Positions 12,109 to 25,659 are shown, counted from the whole stretch's first letter. The stretch is 59,353 nt of DNA, filler included, from Piptocephalis cylindrospora (GCA_003614145.1; 7 parts of 7 records of this genome joined end to end with filler, not necessarily neighbours in it); one strand, 5' to 3'. Notes: generated by a model not told the origin, from the sequence alone. Program-made: numbers and translations.

Positions 12109-12964
12109 TCTCCAACACCATGTGGGACATGAATGCCCATTGGTGGTTTGCCCGTGGAGGCCGACGTCCGAGTACCTTTGCCGCCAGTCGACCCTCCCTC
12201 CCGGCCCTTACCTCCGGGGTTGGGAGGGTGGTTGGGGTAGGGAGGGGAGGAGGCGGAGAAGGTGGGTTCGGGAGCGGTGGAAGGGAAGGGGAAGGGGGGG
12301 CTAGAAGAGTAGGAGTGTATAGGAACAGTATCCCCTGATCCTCTGTCCTTCTCTCACTCCCACTCTTTCTTCAAAGGAAGAGAGGGGGAAGGACAATTGG
12401 GTCAAGTGACTGCTGTCCCCTCTCAGTACCATTCATCTCGTCTGTTTACGTGCGTATCTTTGTGTCTCGTCATCCATGCCCCTTCTTTTTCCTTCTTCTT
12501 TCTTCCTTCCTTCCTTCCTTCCTTCTTTCCTTCCTTCCTTGTCCTTTCCATCTGCTTCTGCTTCACTTCCTTGCCCCATCGAAGATCCTTTTTTCTACCC
12601 TTCTCTTCTTGCCCCTCGGCGGTCCGGGTCCTCGTCCGTGGCGGAGTGAGCAATGCTATCGGTTGTTTGGTTGGTGCGGCGCGGTACATGAGATGGGGAG
12701 TAGGGACTTTTTTTCTTTAGTATGTCCTGGGTGGAATGAATGAATGTGTTGGTTCAACTTGCTCGGGATGAAGCGCCTTTCTTACCATCATCATCGCCAG
12801 ATGTTCACTCGTTAATCAGGCAATCGTGATCGTTAGGAAAAGGTTGCAGATTAAATCGCATGTAACAAAAATACAATGTGGGGTTCAGAACGATAATCAT
12901 CATCAACGTGTTACTCGATCACACTTCCTCCCTTTCTCCCGTCCCGACCCTCCCTTCCCCAGGA

Positions 12965-14248
12965 ATGAGTTACCCATTTACCCAAGTCAAGAAGGAGTGG
13001 TCACCTAAGCTACACGTCCGAAGGTCAGACACGACCGAGAGCTCGAAAGGTCGAAGGGCCGTCAGTAACATGCGTTTTGTGGAAGGCCTGGACGTGGTGA
13101 TACCTCGGGTGGGTGAGCACAGCCCTACAGACGATGACGCCCTGTCAAGCGCCTTGATGGGACTCACGCAAGATTCCCAATACTTTCAAGCGCAGTTCCC
13201 TCTTAGTTTTCTCCTCGAAAAAGGACCACATTCTCATCTGCTTCTGCACGGAACCCTCCGAGCCCTGGGCACGGACGGAACAGGTGATGAGGGAAATGTG
13301 GTGGCGATTGACGAGGGAAAATTGTATCTTCGTGTGAACAAGGATCTGTATGAGCGATTGGGCCTTGTAGGCAAGGCCCTAGACTATCGCCGACTGCATG
13401 GTCTCTCGAGTCCTCGGGGGCCCATTCAATGGCTCATTACCCTGGATATGCGTCAGAAGAGCCTGATGCCCGGGGGAGGCCAGTATCCGCGGGTGAGAAG
13501 GGCGTTGGTTGAGGTGTGGAAGGACCCCTTAGACTGGACTTGGACCCTAGATGGCAATACGAGTAAGTGCTTGATGAGAAGGTTGGGGAGGCCTATTGGA
13601 GAAATGTAACGCTGACCATCCTTTCAGCTACCGACGGGATGATTGATCCCTTTGAGCCCTTGGATCCCTCAGTAAAAACCTTACAAGTGTGTAGACGTAC
13701 GGAACAAGAGGTCCAAGTTCCTACCCCAACACAAGAGTACCTTCAAGCCGGGCAGGAGACACAAGGGGAGGATGCGTGGCGTGAGGGCATGGAGGAACTG
13801 GAGGAGTGGCTGGGCCTCGTGTCCTTAGGATGCGAAAGGATTCGCCCAGGTGGAGATCAGGTAGATCCCTTCATCTCCACCTATTCTCCACCGACCTTGG
13901 GGGCTCCATACCCATGGACCTCTGGACAGGTTAATATCTTCTTGGCGAGGGGCTTTATAAGCTCCAAGGTTATTGAGCAAGTCCTAGCCCTAGCAGAGTA
14001 AGTACTGAGGATGTTCATTTATCATCCCCTTCTGTCTCGCTCATACTTCATACCCTTCTTGTATGGGTAGGGAACGTGTGCAAAAGGATGAATCAATCCC
14101 TTGGGTGGCCATCCATTTCCGTAGACACCGAATGACCCCGGTTGATGACACTTTAGCGAGACGGGCCGTCCAAGCCGATGCCCCCCGACCTTATACTCTG
14201 ACTTTGCTTATTACTCGTCAGGCTCATTTGACCTTTTCCCCTGAATAA
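12965..14248 (+). CDS. RPP40: RNase P/MRP subunit Rpp40-like, 3 exons
   Basis: Exons 12965-13562, 13628-13997 and 14071-14248 (GTAAGT donors, in phase). Motifs LYLRVNKDLYERLGLVGK and EEWLGLVSLG..DQVDPFISTY resemble fungal Rpp40. Confidence 0.8.
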
Positions 14249-14377
14249 ATGTTTGCTTTATCAAGGGATTCCAAGTGTTTGTTCTTGATCAAGGGTAAAA
14301 ATAAGCAGAGTAATGGACGTGGTGGATCTACTTGAAATCTTGACCCCCTCTCCCTTCCTCCACACACGCTAAAGATC

Positions 14378-16150
14378 TTATTGAATGGGGGAAAGACCTG
14401 TTGCCTTTTCAAGGGATGATACTAGCCTGCCCTTGTCAAGACCTTTACCAATAAAGACCACCTTCCCTTGGGACCAGTTCACCCCTTTGGTGGGGTGAGG
14501 GGGTAGTGGGGTGATCTCGTACAGCTCGTGCACTCCTTGAATACCCAGCAACTCGTCAGTTTCCGCGTCCCGGAAGATACCTTTGGAACGAAGGATGACC
14601 ATGGGCTCCACATCCGAGTCTACGTCCTCAGGAAGTCGATGCTCCCAAAGGAAGGTTTGAAGCCACCCTTCCAGGGCCTTTCTCTGGATAGAGCTGCCCT
14701 TTGGGAAGGATAAGCTAATCGTGTGGACATTCTATTTAAAAGGAAAATGAGCATTTACGTTGAAGGGTGATCAAGGAAGCACAGGTGAGATGATAACTGA
14801 CTGTGGGTAATTGACCAGACTGGGTATCCTTGGCATGGATCTCGAGGACTTTAGTGGTCACTTCCGCATCGAACGCCTTGATGTCTAGGATCTTATGTAC
14901 CGGTACGCTAAAGGGAGGGGAGAGTGAGAAAATGGGAAATCCAGAAGATCAAAACATCAACCTACATGGATCTTTCTGTCCTGATGAGGGAGGCAGAGTC
15001 ATTGATGGTGCTGAGTGATTTGGATGTACAGGACGGTGAGTAAGATTGAAGGAGAGGAAAGATGCTGCTCATTCATACCCACCCAAGCTCTTGTTCTACC
15101 AAAGTCCGCCGTTCTTGGTCAATAAGATCGGTCTTGTTGAGGAGGATTAAATCAGCCAGGGCGATTTGTCTAGATGCATGGGAATGCAGGGCAAGGCGAT
15201 AAGTGCTTTAGCCACAGACACCGCAATCCATTACCGTCTTTTCTTACCGAGTGGCAATGTTGATCCCATTCTCCAGGGGTGTCTTATCTTCGGGGTCAAT
15301 CGGAGCCTCTGTGAGGTACTATCTCCAGAGGCGAGTAAATGAGGAACCTGCATGGATACGAGGACCCTTATCGTTGTACGCGACAAAAACGACCTAAAAA
15401 CCACATACCTCTAAGACGTGCTTTGCATCCGCTACTGTAATCACCGCATCCAAATACACCGACGACCCGAGGTCATCATCCATCCAAAAGATATCAATGA
15501 TCGGACCTAAAGATCGGACATAGCATGAGTCATTAGATCATGCTCATTCTTTTCAATTTGACTCACCCCTCCTAGTCTCACTTACCCGGATCCGCAAGGC
15601 CTAGGGTGAAGAGGTGAGGTGGCGGTACGAAGAGAGTGAGATAGTTCCATTCCATCCAACAGGCACAATGGTTGCTTAAATCATAAACGTACCGGTCGTT
15701 TCAAGTAGAATGTAATCAAACTTGCCCCGCTTCTGCATGAGATTTTCAATGGCCTTGACCCCTGAATCTTTGACCGAGCAACAAAGACAGCCATTCTTCA
15801 ACTCCAACCACTCCTCCACCTGCTCATCTCCTTGACCCACGGTCATTCGCTTTTCAATGTCACTGCCTAGATAATAAGGAAGGGCAAGGGGCAGGTCAGG
15901 GCTTCGTGCCCACATCTTTGTGACGTCATCCCTACTCGTCAATAGACTTACTCGCGCCAAATTCATTCAGGATTACGGCAATGCGCTTCCCATGATGTTC
16001 AGAGAGGATATGGTTGAGCAGAGTGGTCTTTCCCGAGCCCAGATAGCCTGTAACAATGGTCAGGGGGATCTTCTCCAGTGACTTGTCCCCCTCCTCGTCC
16101 TTTAGCGTTGGAGCGTTGTAGATGGGTAGTAGAGAAGGAATTTCCTCCAT
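14378..16150 (-). CDS. ZNG1: CobW/COG0523 G3E GTPase (ZNG1/CBWD zinc metallochaperone), at least 8 exons
   Basis: Motifs [43 protein letters not shown] and C-terminal [21 protein letters not shown]. Traced exons: 16150-15952, 15866-15693, 15600-15586, 15506-15409, 15318-15248 and one starting at 15169; later boundaries less certain. Confidence 0.93.
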
Positions 16151-16995
16151 GTTGGGGCTTGCTTGATTGAAAAATGTAGTAGCACGGGGAGACGAGAGTG
16201 AGAGGAAAGGTGAAGAGGTAGATGACAGTTACTGATGCTTCTCCTCTCACCTAGGATATCTTATCCTGGAGGGCGAGCCCAACCACCGCCCTTTACTCCA
16301 TCCCTCCTACGTCATGTTTTATAGAACGGGGTTTGATTTTTCTGTCCAATATTTGAGCAACTTTTGGTTCCAGATCACCGGCAAGATCCACATGCATCCC
16401 TTTTCCATCTACCCAAAGCCCACATCCCTCCCATTATCTACCATACCGCACCATGCCATACCATACCATACTAATAGTAGTAGTGGTAGGGTGTCATCCT
16501 CATCCTCCTTTTACCTCCCCAATTACAACTACCAGGGGCAACATGGAACGAGGGAAAAGAGGGGGCGGTTAGTCTGACCTAACTGAGTCTCAACTCCGAC
16601 AAGCCTTGCCAATCTCACTGCGTCGGAGTCTCGGAGGCTCCCAGGTCAGGGAGTATCTCTCCCCTCTTCTCTATCAGACCGCCCCTTACCTCACCATCGC
16701 CTTTTTCTTCCTCCATCCCCTCTCCTGGCCAATCGCCTTCTCCCATTCCACCATGCTGGCCCAATGACTCCGCCCAACTTGGTGAGGACCGGATGGACGG
16801 GTAGGTATGTTCCCCGTCGCTTACCCATTCAGTCGCGCCCAGCACCTACCCAGCCTCCCATCCTTCCTGCTCAGCCCAGTCCAGCCCAAGTTCCACTCCT
16901 TTCACCTTCCTCCTAGTCTCCGCCACGCCATACTGCCCCCGGCCAGCCAATCCTGCTTGTCACTCTCTCATCCCCCCCCTCTCCCATCACTCCCC

Positions 16996-17095
16996 NNNNN
17001 NNNNNNNNNNNNNNNNNNNNNNNNNNNNNNNNNNNNNNNTTAATTAATTAANNNNNNNNNNNNNNNNNNNNNNNNNNNNNNNNNNNNNNNNNNNN
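16996..17095. other. Artificial contig linker
   Basis: N44-TTAATTAATTAA-N44. Confidence 0.99.
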
Positions 17096-17410
17096 CACTG
17101 AGGCCCTCGTTGATGAGGATGCCTCCTACGATGACGACGCCTCCCCTCCCCCCCCCCCCCCCCCCCAACCCCCCCCCCCCGACCCCTCCCCCCCCCCCCC
17201 CCCCCCCCCCCGCCGCGGCCCCACCCCCCCTACACCCCCCCCCCCCTTTAACCCCCCCCCCCCCCCCCCCCGCAGTCCCCTTTTTAACATTGTTCCCCCT
17301 CTCCCCCCCAATTTCCACCCTCCGGCCCCCTTGCCCTCCCCCCCGGTCCCCCAACTAACTTCGATTAGACCCTTGTCCATGACCCTCCCGCGCTCCTCTT
17401 CCCATCCCCC

Positions 17411-17578
17411 CCAGAGGAAGAGCCGGCCACGAAGCCCCCATCACCCAAGCCGACCAGATCATCCGCCTCTCGGACTCCTCCGCCCCTTTCCGAGGAGATG
17501 TTCTCTCGTCGGATCGTTGGAGCCGATGATATGCTGCCTCTACTGATCTACATGGTGGTCCGGAGTAACCCTCCTCGA
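17411..17578 (+). CDS. Inverted fragment of the VPS9-domain gene carrying the catalytic motif
   Basis: The plus strand reads PEEEPATKPPSPKPTRSSASRTPPPLSEEMFSRRIVGADDMLPLLIYMVVRSNPPR (GGA at 17519). This is the VPS9 G/SADDxLP..IY....NPP signature and is absent from the ORF track. Confidence 0.85.
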
Positions 17579-17579
17579 A

Positions 17580-19471
17580 GTTCGTTGGGGTACCGGAGAG
17601 GAGGGGGCCCCAGGCATCATGGAAGCACGCTTAGATGAGGTCCTAGGGGGAGAAGCTACTGTGCCTGGCACACTCGAAGTCGAAGGGGATGGAGAGGGAG
17701 AGGTGGATTTGATCTCGGTTTCCTTGACCCCAAGGGTCTCCCGGGTATCCTTGGGCGGAGGGGAGGGAGGGGGAGGGGGGGCATCCGAGATGGCCCGGGC
17801 AATGATCTGATGACACCGGAGAATAGCTTGTAGCTTGGATGCCGGGGTCTTCATCTGGTCGATGATCAATAATTGGTCATTGCAATCCTCCACGAGTTTT
17901 TCCATGATGGGGGAGTCGGCAAATGAGGTAGGGATCCCCAAATGTTCCAAGCCCAGGTGAAGCATGTTCAGAGCTGCAATCCGAGACTCTAGAAGTTGAT
18001 CCCGAGGACGGTCATCACTCATCATGGGGGAGAAGATGGAAGGATACAGCTCCATGCACAGGTACTCTTCGATCCATTCAATAGTTCCATCCAGCTCCAT
18101 CTCCCCGGGGATTGATGGCATGGTGGCAAGGGTAGTAGCAATGGTATTGAGGAACATTTGATACTCCTCAGAACACTTTTCCGGGGATCTGGGCGGGTCC
18201 TTTCGACGACAGCTGCGGCCAAACTCACGGATAAAGGAGTCTAGGTAGCCCACCAGATCGGCCCATGTCACTGCCTGGGCAATACCTTCCTTGGGTGGCT
18301 CGATAGCAACCATGGAGACCACTGTGGAGGTACGGGTTGGGGGATCTGCAGCAGGAGTGATCCCGGATTCTCCCGTCTCCTCTACCAGTCCTTCCTCGGC
18401 ATTCCCGGAGGAGGAAGAGGAGGAATCTAGAGTGGATGAGGCTCGGGCACCACCCTCAAGGATCCTCTTGGCCTCATCCAGAGCCTTGGTATCCCGGACA
18501 CCATGGGTACTAGTGGCCGTAGTGGAAGCCGACGTGGCCGACGTGGTGGAAGGGGAGGGGGAAGAGGAACGGCCCTCTTTTACCACAGTCATATCACTCT
18601 TCTCACTACTGGTAAAGGAGGCTGTGACGGAGGCCGGGGATAAAGGAGGGGCAGGAGCACTGGGGTCGATGTACTTGCCACCGGCGTCCTTTTGAAGACG
18701 GAAAGACGAGAGGGACAGGGAGGAGAATCGTCGGGGAGAGAGGATGGAGAAGGGCAGTGGCGGGCCATGGATGATGCAGGGAATACTCACCCCCTGTACC
18801 TGGTACTCCGCCGTGGGGGAGAGCAGGGAAGCAGTGCTAAGCTGAGTAAAGGCCTCATCCGTAAACATGGCCACCTGATCTCGTAAGAGGAGGATGGTGT
18901 GGCCAGCGACCGAGGTAAGAAAGGTGGAAGAGGGTGGGTTGACCTCTTGGAGAAATGGTCCAAACTTTTCCTTGGCCACCTCGGTCATCTCGACGGAAGT
19001 GGGGAAGTAGGCAAAGTCCCTAAACGATGGGTTTTCCCAATCGGCCGACGGCGCTGTGGACAACAGAAAGGTCCCCTATTGAGGGAGAGGGGAGGGAGGA
19101 AGGGAGGGAGGCGGAAGTGAGAGACATGATCAAAGCGATACTTCAGGAGAATCATGGAAACTTACGGATCGGGCGATAATGTCCTTAACGATGAACTTTC
19201 CAGAGCCTCGGACCTCTTTCATGATACTATCCCATACCTGACGCCCATGGGACTCGGCAGGAAGAACGGACATGGCCATATCAACGGCGGAGGACCGCCT
19301 TGGGCCAGTGGCGCTCTGGCCAAAGGAAGAGGTGTTGATGGTGCGAGTAGGGGAGGCAGGCCCCGGAGAGGTGGTCCTGTGGATGGCCAAGGCTGAGATG
19401 GACTCGGAGATGGAGACAGGCCGCGAGCGGGGGGTGCGGACAGGTGTGGGCATGGTGGAGGGAAGGGCCAT
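17580..19471 (-). CDS. VPS9-domain protein (Rab5-family GEF), N-terminal part; broken at ~17580 by an inversion
   Basis: Exon 19471-19166 (GTAAGT donor) and exon from 19075, in phase. Helical-bundle/VPS9 start: ELYPSIF..DQLLESRIAALNML..LEHLG..QMKTPASKLQAILRCHQII. Confidence 0.8.
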
Positions 19472-21292
19472 GCTTTTTCCTGGCGGATAGAGGTGAGAGG
19501 GGGGGGAGGAAGGATGAAAGGATAAGGAAGTGTATGTGCACGAACAGTAATGACAGCGGCAACGACAACGGGAAAGTGGAGTATAAGAACAAGAGGAGGG
19601 AGGAGGGAGGGAAGTGAAAGTGATGTGGACTTGCAAGTGGGAAGGGAGGGAGGGGGGACTTCAGAGAACGAACGGGACGGAGCAAGGACAGAGCGAGAGG
19701 AGATGAGCCAGGAAGGAAAAGAGAGGAGAGGAGTGAAAGGAGCGAGGAAAAAAAAGGAAGTGAGGAGGGTGGGGAAAAGGCACGAGGAGTAGGACAGAGG
19801 GGGGGAGAGAGGAGGTGAGGTGAGGTGAGCGGAGAAGAGCGTCGGAGGCTGGGGGTACATGGGCACCCTTGAGCCCCCGTTCGTCGGTATGCGTCTGTCG
19901 CCAATCTTCTCCCCTAGAACGTGTATGCGTGTGGGATGAGTCCTCGAGTCCCCCGACCATCCCCTCTTTCCTGCTCATCCTCACAAGCAACAATGGGACC
20001 TCTCCCGACGATAGTATCGATCAAGGCTAGAAACCCACCAAGATGAGAGCGAAGGCAGACACAAATCCATTAGGAAATCAAGAAGGGTGATGGACCAAGC
20101 CCGCAGGAGAGAGACAGCTCACACACATGTCTATGCACATCAAACAGCCGCAGTTATCCATGAAGAGTGGGAGGCAGACGTGGTTGTAGGCTGCAAATCA
20201 TCTGGTCGTGAATGGTGTCTCCTCGGATCATCATCAGGGCTAGCGGTGGGCCATGTGTGTTGTGCTGTGGGTCAAGCTAGCATTTTGTTCCGTGTATCCC
20301 CCTCATCATCCCCCCTCTGACCCTGCTCACGAATGTTATCCCGACGAGGGCTTGGATCATGCTAGTGAGATAATGCATATGCAACAGGGTAGATTGGACC
20401 ACCAGCACCTCATTGTAATCCGAGTAGGTAAGGTAAGGGGTCCACGACCTTACAGAAAATGACTAAACATCCTTTTACCCCCTCCCCCCTGCCGCCTCCA
20501 CGGCCCTGACTGAAACGTGTACCCATTCATGAGTTTATATTATCATCCCCCTCCGTACTGGCAACGATGATGTGGGAAATGAATGAACCAAGCCCTGGCC
20601 ATTATCCTACGCATCACGCCAATGCCCATGGAATTCCAATGATCCAGACCGTCGAGCATCGCCATCTCTAGGGCCTTATGGTACGGTACATTACCCATTT
20701 ATACACAGCCAAATCAGGGGGAGGGGCCTTTTTCCAGGGGAGGGGTGTGGCGACGGTAGTTGAAAGATCCAAATTCGGGAGGCGTTTCAAACCTCCCAAG
20801 ACGACATACCCCATCTCCAGGTAAAAGGATCTGGTCAAGGCTAGGCAGCATGAGTACCCCACACAACGCCTATCACCCCAACCAGTGACCAAAGGTGTCC
20901 TATTGGACTTCACAAAACCCATGGACCAATAGATAGGAGGGAAATGAGAAAGGAGGCACAAGACACACTTACGCGCCAACTCCGATATCTCTCAAGTCCC
21001 TGCAGAACCACAAGAGCACTCATCAATCAGAAAAGCAGATCTACTGCACTTTGACAGTGGTATAAAGTCGTATAGCCAAAGGGAAGAAGAAGAGGAAGAC
21101 AAGAATATCTGCAAGCCCCAAAGAGGACCAGAGGTTACAGCGTATGGATCGACTTTGCTTCGACTCAAAAGGATACTGGAAAGATCAATCGTTTATTGCT
21201 GAATAATCAAGTTCAGGTCATGCTCCAGCTCACAGGATGCCACTTTCGGCTTAGCCACCTTCTAGCTCGCCAGCCGGAGGATAATCTATGCT

Positions 21293-24200
21293 TCATACAA
21301 TACAGTATTTGTCCAAGATGGAGGCAGCCAGGAGGGGGGAACCGCTGTTCTGGTGGATCAGAGAGAGATTATAGGCGGCTTCGAAGGAGAGATCCGTCGG
21401 GTCCTCCCCTTCATCGTCGCCCATGGAGTTAGAGTCGGACCAGGCTGAGGGCAGGGCAAGGACCTTCTCGTAGTGCGGAATAGCCAGCTGGACCAGGCCC
21501 AGATGATGAAAGGCCCGGGCTAGGTTGTAATGCGTCTCCTGGGCCCATACTCCTTTTCTACCCGGCCGTTGTGATGACCCTTCCGCACTCCTGGCCTCGA
21601 CGTACCGATTGATGTAGGAGAAGCCCCAAAGTACCTCTGTCTGACGATCAGCCGTGGTGCGCTGCAGGGCCCTGGAGAGATAGGAGATACCCAGGGAGAG
21701 ATGGACGATAGGATCGGCAGGTTGGATGGTGGTGGCGCGGAGATAGTAAGCAATGGAGGAGCGGTAGGTACGAGCACAACCAGAAACGTGGCCGTATAGG
21801 GAAAGAAGGGCGGGAGAGGATTGGGCGGGTTGTCCAGCCCGCTGTCGGTCCTCCACGTCTTTGTCCATCCTACGAGTCTCCCGACGGAAAAATTTGTGGG
21901 CACGGGAGGAGGCAAATGCGCCAATGAGATCAGGACGACTCCTCCCCACGGTCCCGAGGAGGAGGATGTACAAACGGTAGGCACGGTCGTCCGGACGAAG
22001 ACGGGAAAAGACCTTGCGCATGACATCAAAGACTCTTTCGTAATCTTGGGCATCGAGAGCCATGGCCGAGATGACAAGTTGAAGAGACATGAACCGGTCG
22101 GGGTCTCGGTCGAAAGCGTAGCACTTTTCAGCCTGACGCAGGACATCCATGGCCTCCTCGTATTGGCCCACGCGGTGTAGGAGGGAGGCGGATCGGAGGA
22201 AGAGATGGAACCATACGTCCACTCCCTTTCCACGAAAGAGTTCGAGAGCCTGACGCTTCCGTTCCCTATTGGCGGCAACTTTGCCTCGTTCAGCGCCAAC
22301 ATCCTGGAGGAGACGCATGCGGACGAGGGAAAAGTAGGGAGATTCCTGGCAAAAGTCTTCCAGAAGCTCCCGGTAAGTATGAATCAGTTGGGCTAGCTCC
22401 TCTTGGGTCAGGTCCTCGGGTGGCTTTTCCCCTATGAGGTCCAGAACCTTGAAATTACCCTGGGCAATCCTTTGACTCTCGGATTCGACCCGTTGTCGAG
22501 CCTCCATCCTGGCGCGAAGATAGAATTGGGAGTTTCTATTCTGGTACATCACTCTTCCTCGAGGATCCTCAGTGAAGAGGTCACCGGACCGGCCGGGCTG
22601 ATCCCTGGAGATATCTGAGCCCATGCGTCTTTTCCTTGGCCTTGCGCTCCCTCTTGCCCCTTCAACTTCCTCTTCGCTTCCAAGGCCATCTTGGTCAGGG
22701 TTGTACAGGTCATCTTCATCAGAAGAATGGTCGTAGGCTTGCTCCTCTTCCCCCTCTTCCTCTTCCTCTTCTTCTTCCTCGTTGCCCTCTTCTTGAGCCC
22801 TTTGCCGACGCATGCGTCGGGTTTTCCACCCGGTCCCACCCTTACGACGCTCATCCCGAAGGAACTTTTGCATGGACTCATCCGTCTTGAGTTTCAGCCG
22901 GGCTGTACTCACGTCAAACAGGACACGGATGGCATCATCCTTTCTTCCCAGGGCCTCATAGACCTTGGCTAGTCTCTCCTTGGCCTCGAGATCTTCCGGG
23001 TACCTCTGGATCACTAGAGATAGGGGAGAAGGGGTGAGAGGGGGATGAAGAAGAAGGAGAAGTGGGATTTTCCGAAAAGAAACTCACCGTCAAGAAGCAG
23101 GGTAAGGGCCTCTTCATTCCGGGAAAGTAATCGGTAAGCCTCGCCCAATTGAGTCGCTGCCCATACATCCATCTATCAGGGAAGGTGGAGGGGTGAGTAT
23201 CCTTGCACACGGATGTAAACTTGCCTAAAGCGTCATGAAAAGCTACCTACCGGGTCCAGACGACTTAAACCCTGAAAGATCTCCATGGCAGTCTCGGCCA
23301 GTCCAGAGGAAAGGCAAGCCTGCCCAGCGGCGTGGAAGGCGGTTTCACTCCCTTGCATGTCAGCCTGCATGATGTGATTAAGGTGCATCTATCCAAGGGG
23401 TAGGGAAAGGGGATGAGAAAAATGAAGAGATACGGCCCATCCAATGAGGGTAAGAGCCTACCTTGGCAATACTGGCTTCGCCAGCATGTAGACGACAGAC
23501 AATGACTTTGACACGAAGGTCCAGGGGAAGAGGATGGCCGGAACCGGAAAGGACATCGTATTCGAGATCCCCGGGAACGGCATCCCAGGATGGGTCCTGA
23601 CCCCGACGTTGTAAGCGGCGAACGCCCACTTTGATGATGTGGAGGGCTGAGGCGAATTTTTCCTGGGAGATGAGGAGCTCGGCGAGGATGTTGACTTCGT
23701 GCCACCCAAAGACATAGGGTTCCTTGGGGCCCTCGGGGGGCAAGGACATGTCCATGAAGTGGCTATATACATCGATGATTTTGTGGTGCTGTGAGTGGGC
23801 CATGGCCAAGTCGACAAAGTGACTCAGGAGGTCCTTGTCCTGGGGGCACAGGCGAAGGATCATTTGGTATCCACCAAGGAGAGGGAGGATACGGCCTTGC
23901 TGGGCATAGAGTTGGGTGCGAGCGCGGAGAATCCCCACGTCGTTCTTCCGAATGCCGATTGCACGAGAGTAGCAGTGAATGGCTCTAGGGATGTTGTCAC
24001 GATCGAGCATCTCCTGGGCCAGGTCACACCATAGATCGGGATCGCGGGCATTGTCGGCGGCACAGAAGCGCATGATGGCGGCAGAGTCGGCATCACCCCG
24101 AGTATCGTAGATCATGGCCAGGGTGAGCCAGGCCCGAGCGACGGCCGGATCTGTGCGGATGACATGCTTGAGTAGTTGGATGGCCTCGGATTCGCGGCCT

Positions 24201-24577
24201 GCGACGTAATGGGCATTAGCACGGGCCAAGAGGGCCAAGACCTCTGGGGTTTCAGCCAGGTCCGCGCGAGTCATCCGACTCTTAGTCTTTCCCAAGCCCG
24301 AGGCAGCCCGTAGGGCCTGGGTGAAGTTGTTTAGGGCGGACTGGTCTGCATCGTCGATGGCGGCCCCGGTGTCTCTGGCCACATCCAGCTCTCCTGCCCT
24401 CCGCGAGGATCTTGACCATTCTTCCGTTTCTTCTTCCTCCTCTATAGCCGTATCAGTGGGGAGAGGAGGATCCTGAGGGTCCAGTGGGTCAGGGCGTGGA
24501 GGAGTGACGGTGGACACTCGAGGATCCTGCTCCCTCATGGCCCTCCCCATGGCCCGGGTGGTGGGATAACGTGACAT
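21293..24577 (-). CDS. TFC4: RNA polymerase III factor TFIIIC TPR subunit (Tfc4/Sfc4/GTF3C3), 4 exons
   Basis: Exons 24577-23462, 23388-23251, 23172-23088 and 23013-21293, in phase. TPR array, LPLDLRVK, and C-terminal QETHYNLARAFHHLGLVQLAIPHYEKVL..EAAYNLSLIHQNSGSPLLA. Confidence 0.92.
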
Positions 24578-25337
24578 GGTCCAGATGCGGAGGAGAGAAG
24601 GAAAAGCAGTAGAAAGACAGGGTAGGGGAGTACGAAAGAGACCGGTCACACTAGGCCTGGCGGGGGAAAATGGGTGTTATTGTTGTTGTTATTATTATTG
24701 TTTCCGAGAGTATTGCACCGCATGGACGAGGAGGGGGGATAAGAGGGTAGGTCCTGTGGAGAGGGAGATCCTTGGACCTCCAAAGAATCGGGGTTGTTGA
24801 GATATGAAGGAGAAGCAATGGGGTGAGGTGGGGTAAAGGGATGTGCCCTGAATCTGGCTGTTCATCTCATCCAAGTCCTTCCTTGCTGTACAGGGCGTGA
24901 ATCTCCGATGGGGGGGACGAGGAAGATACAGTGACGAGGCCATGCTCCTCCCACTTCCCCATCCGTGAAATTTAGAGGATGAAAACCGGCCTATTTCACC
25001 AAAAACAGGAAGGGCTTATTCGAAAGGCAGCGGCCTTTCAACGCTTATGTTCCTTTCCAAAGAGGATGACATCATGCGAAAGGGAGAAAGGGAAAAGCCC
25101 GCCAATGGCCATGCATGTAAAGCAGAGTCACTGGGTGTGAGGGAGAATAGAGGGTGTAGGACAGGAGATTTGGGAGCGGAGCCTGGAAATTAGAGCCAGT
25201 GTGAACTTTTGGCTATTCCTCTGTATGTCAAAATTTACCCCGAGCCCTCCTGTCCCTAGGAGGATGGGAACAGGTCCATATGGAGTAATAGTGCATCCAG
25301 GAAAGGAGGCAATTTCGATGAGGAGATGTATAGTAAA

Positions 25338-25368
<31 letters not shown>

Positions 25369-25500
25369 CCCCCCCCCCCCCCCTTTTTTTTTTTCGTGAG
25401 GAGCCTCCCTGGTGGGGAAAAGGTTGTTGTTTTTTTTATGGAAAAAAGTTTAACCTTTTTTTCCTTCATTTTCATCATTTTTTTGGGGTGGGCCATCCTG

Positions 25501-25600
25501 NNNNNNNNNNNNNNNNNNNNNNNNNNNNNNNNNNNNNNNNNNNNTTAATTAATTAANNNNNNNNNNNNNNNNNNNNNNNNNNNNNNNNNNNNNNNNNNNN
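25501..25600. other. Artificial contig linker
   Basis: N44-TTAATTAATTAA-N44. Confidence 0.99.
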
Positions 25601-25659
25601 TTTTGCATCAGTCTGAAGAATACATGTCAAATTTCCCTCCATTTTTCCATCCCCACCTC

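Noticed and set aside
17110..17380. Poly-Pro/poly-Gly ORFs (formin/WASP-like)
   Set aside because: They derive from low-quality poly-C sequence at a contig end.
25320..25500. G-run/C-run hairpin or G-quadruplex element
   Set aside because: Homopolymer-rich contig end, most simply sequencing noise.
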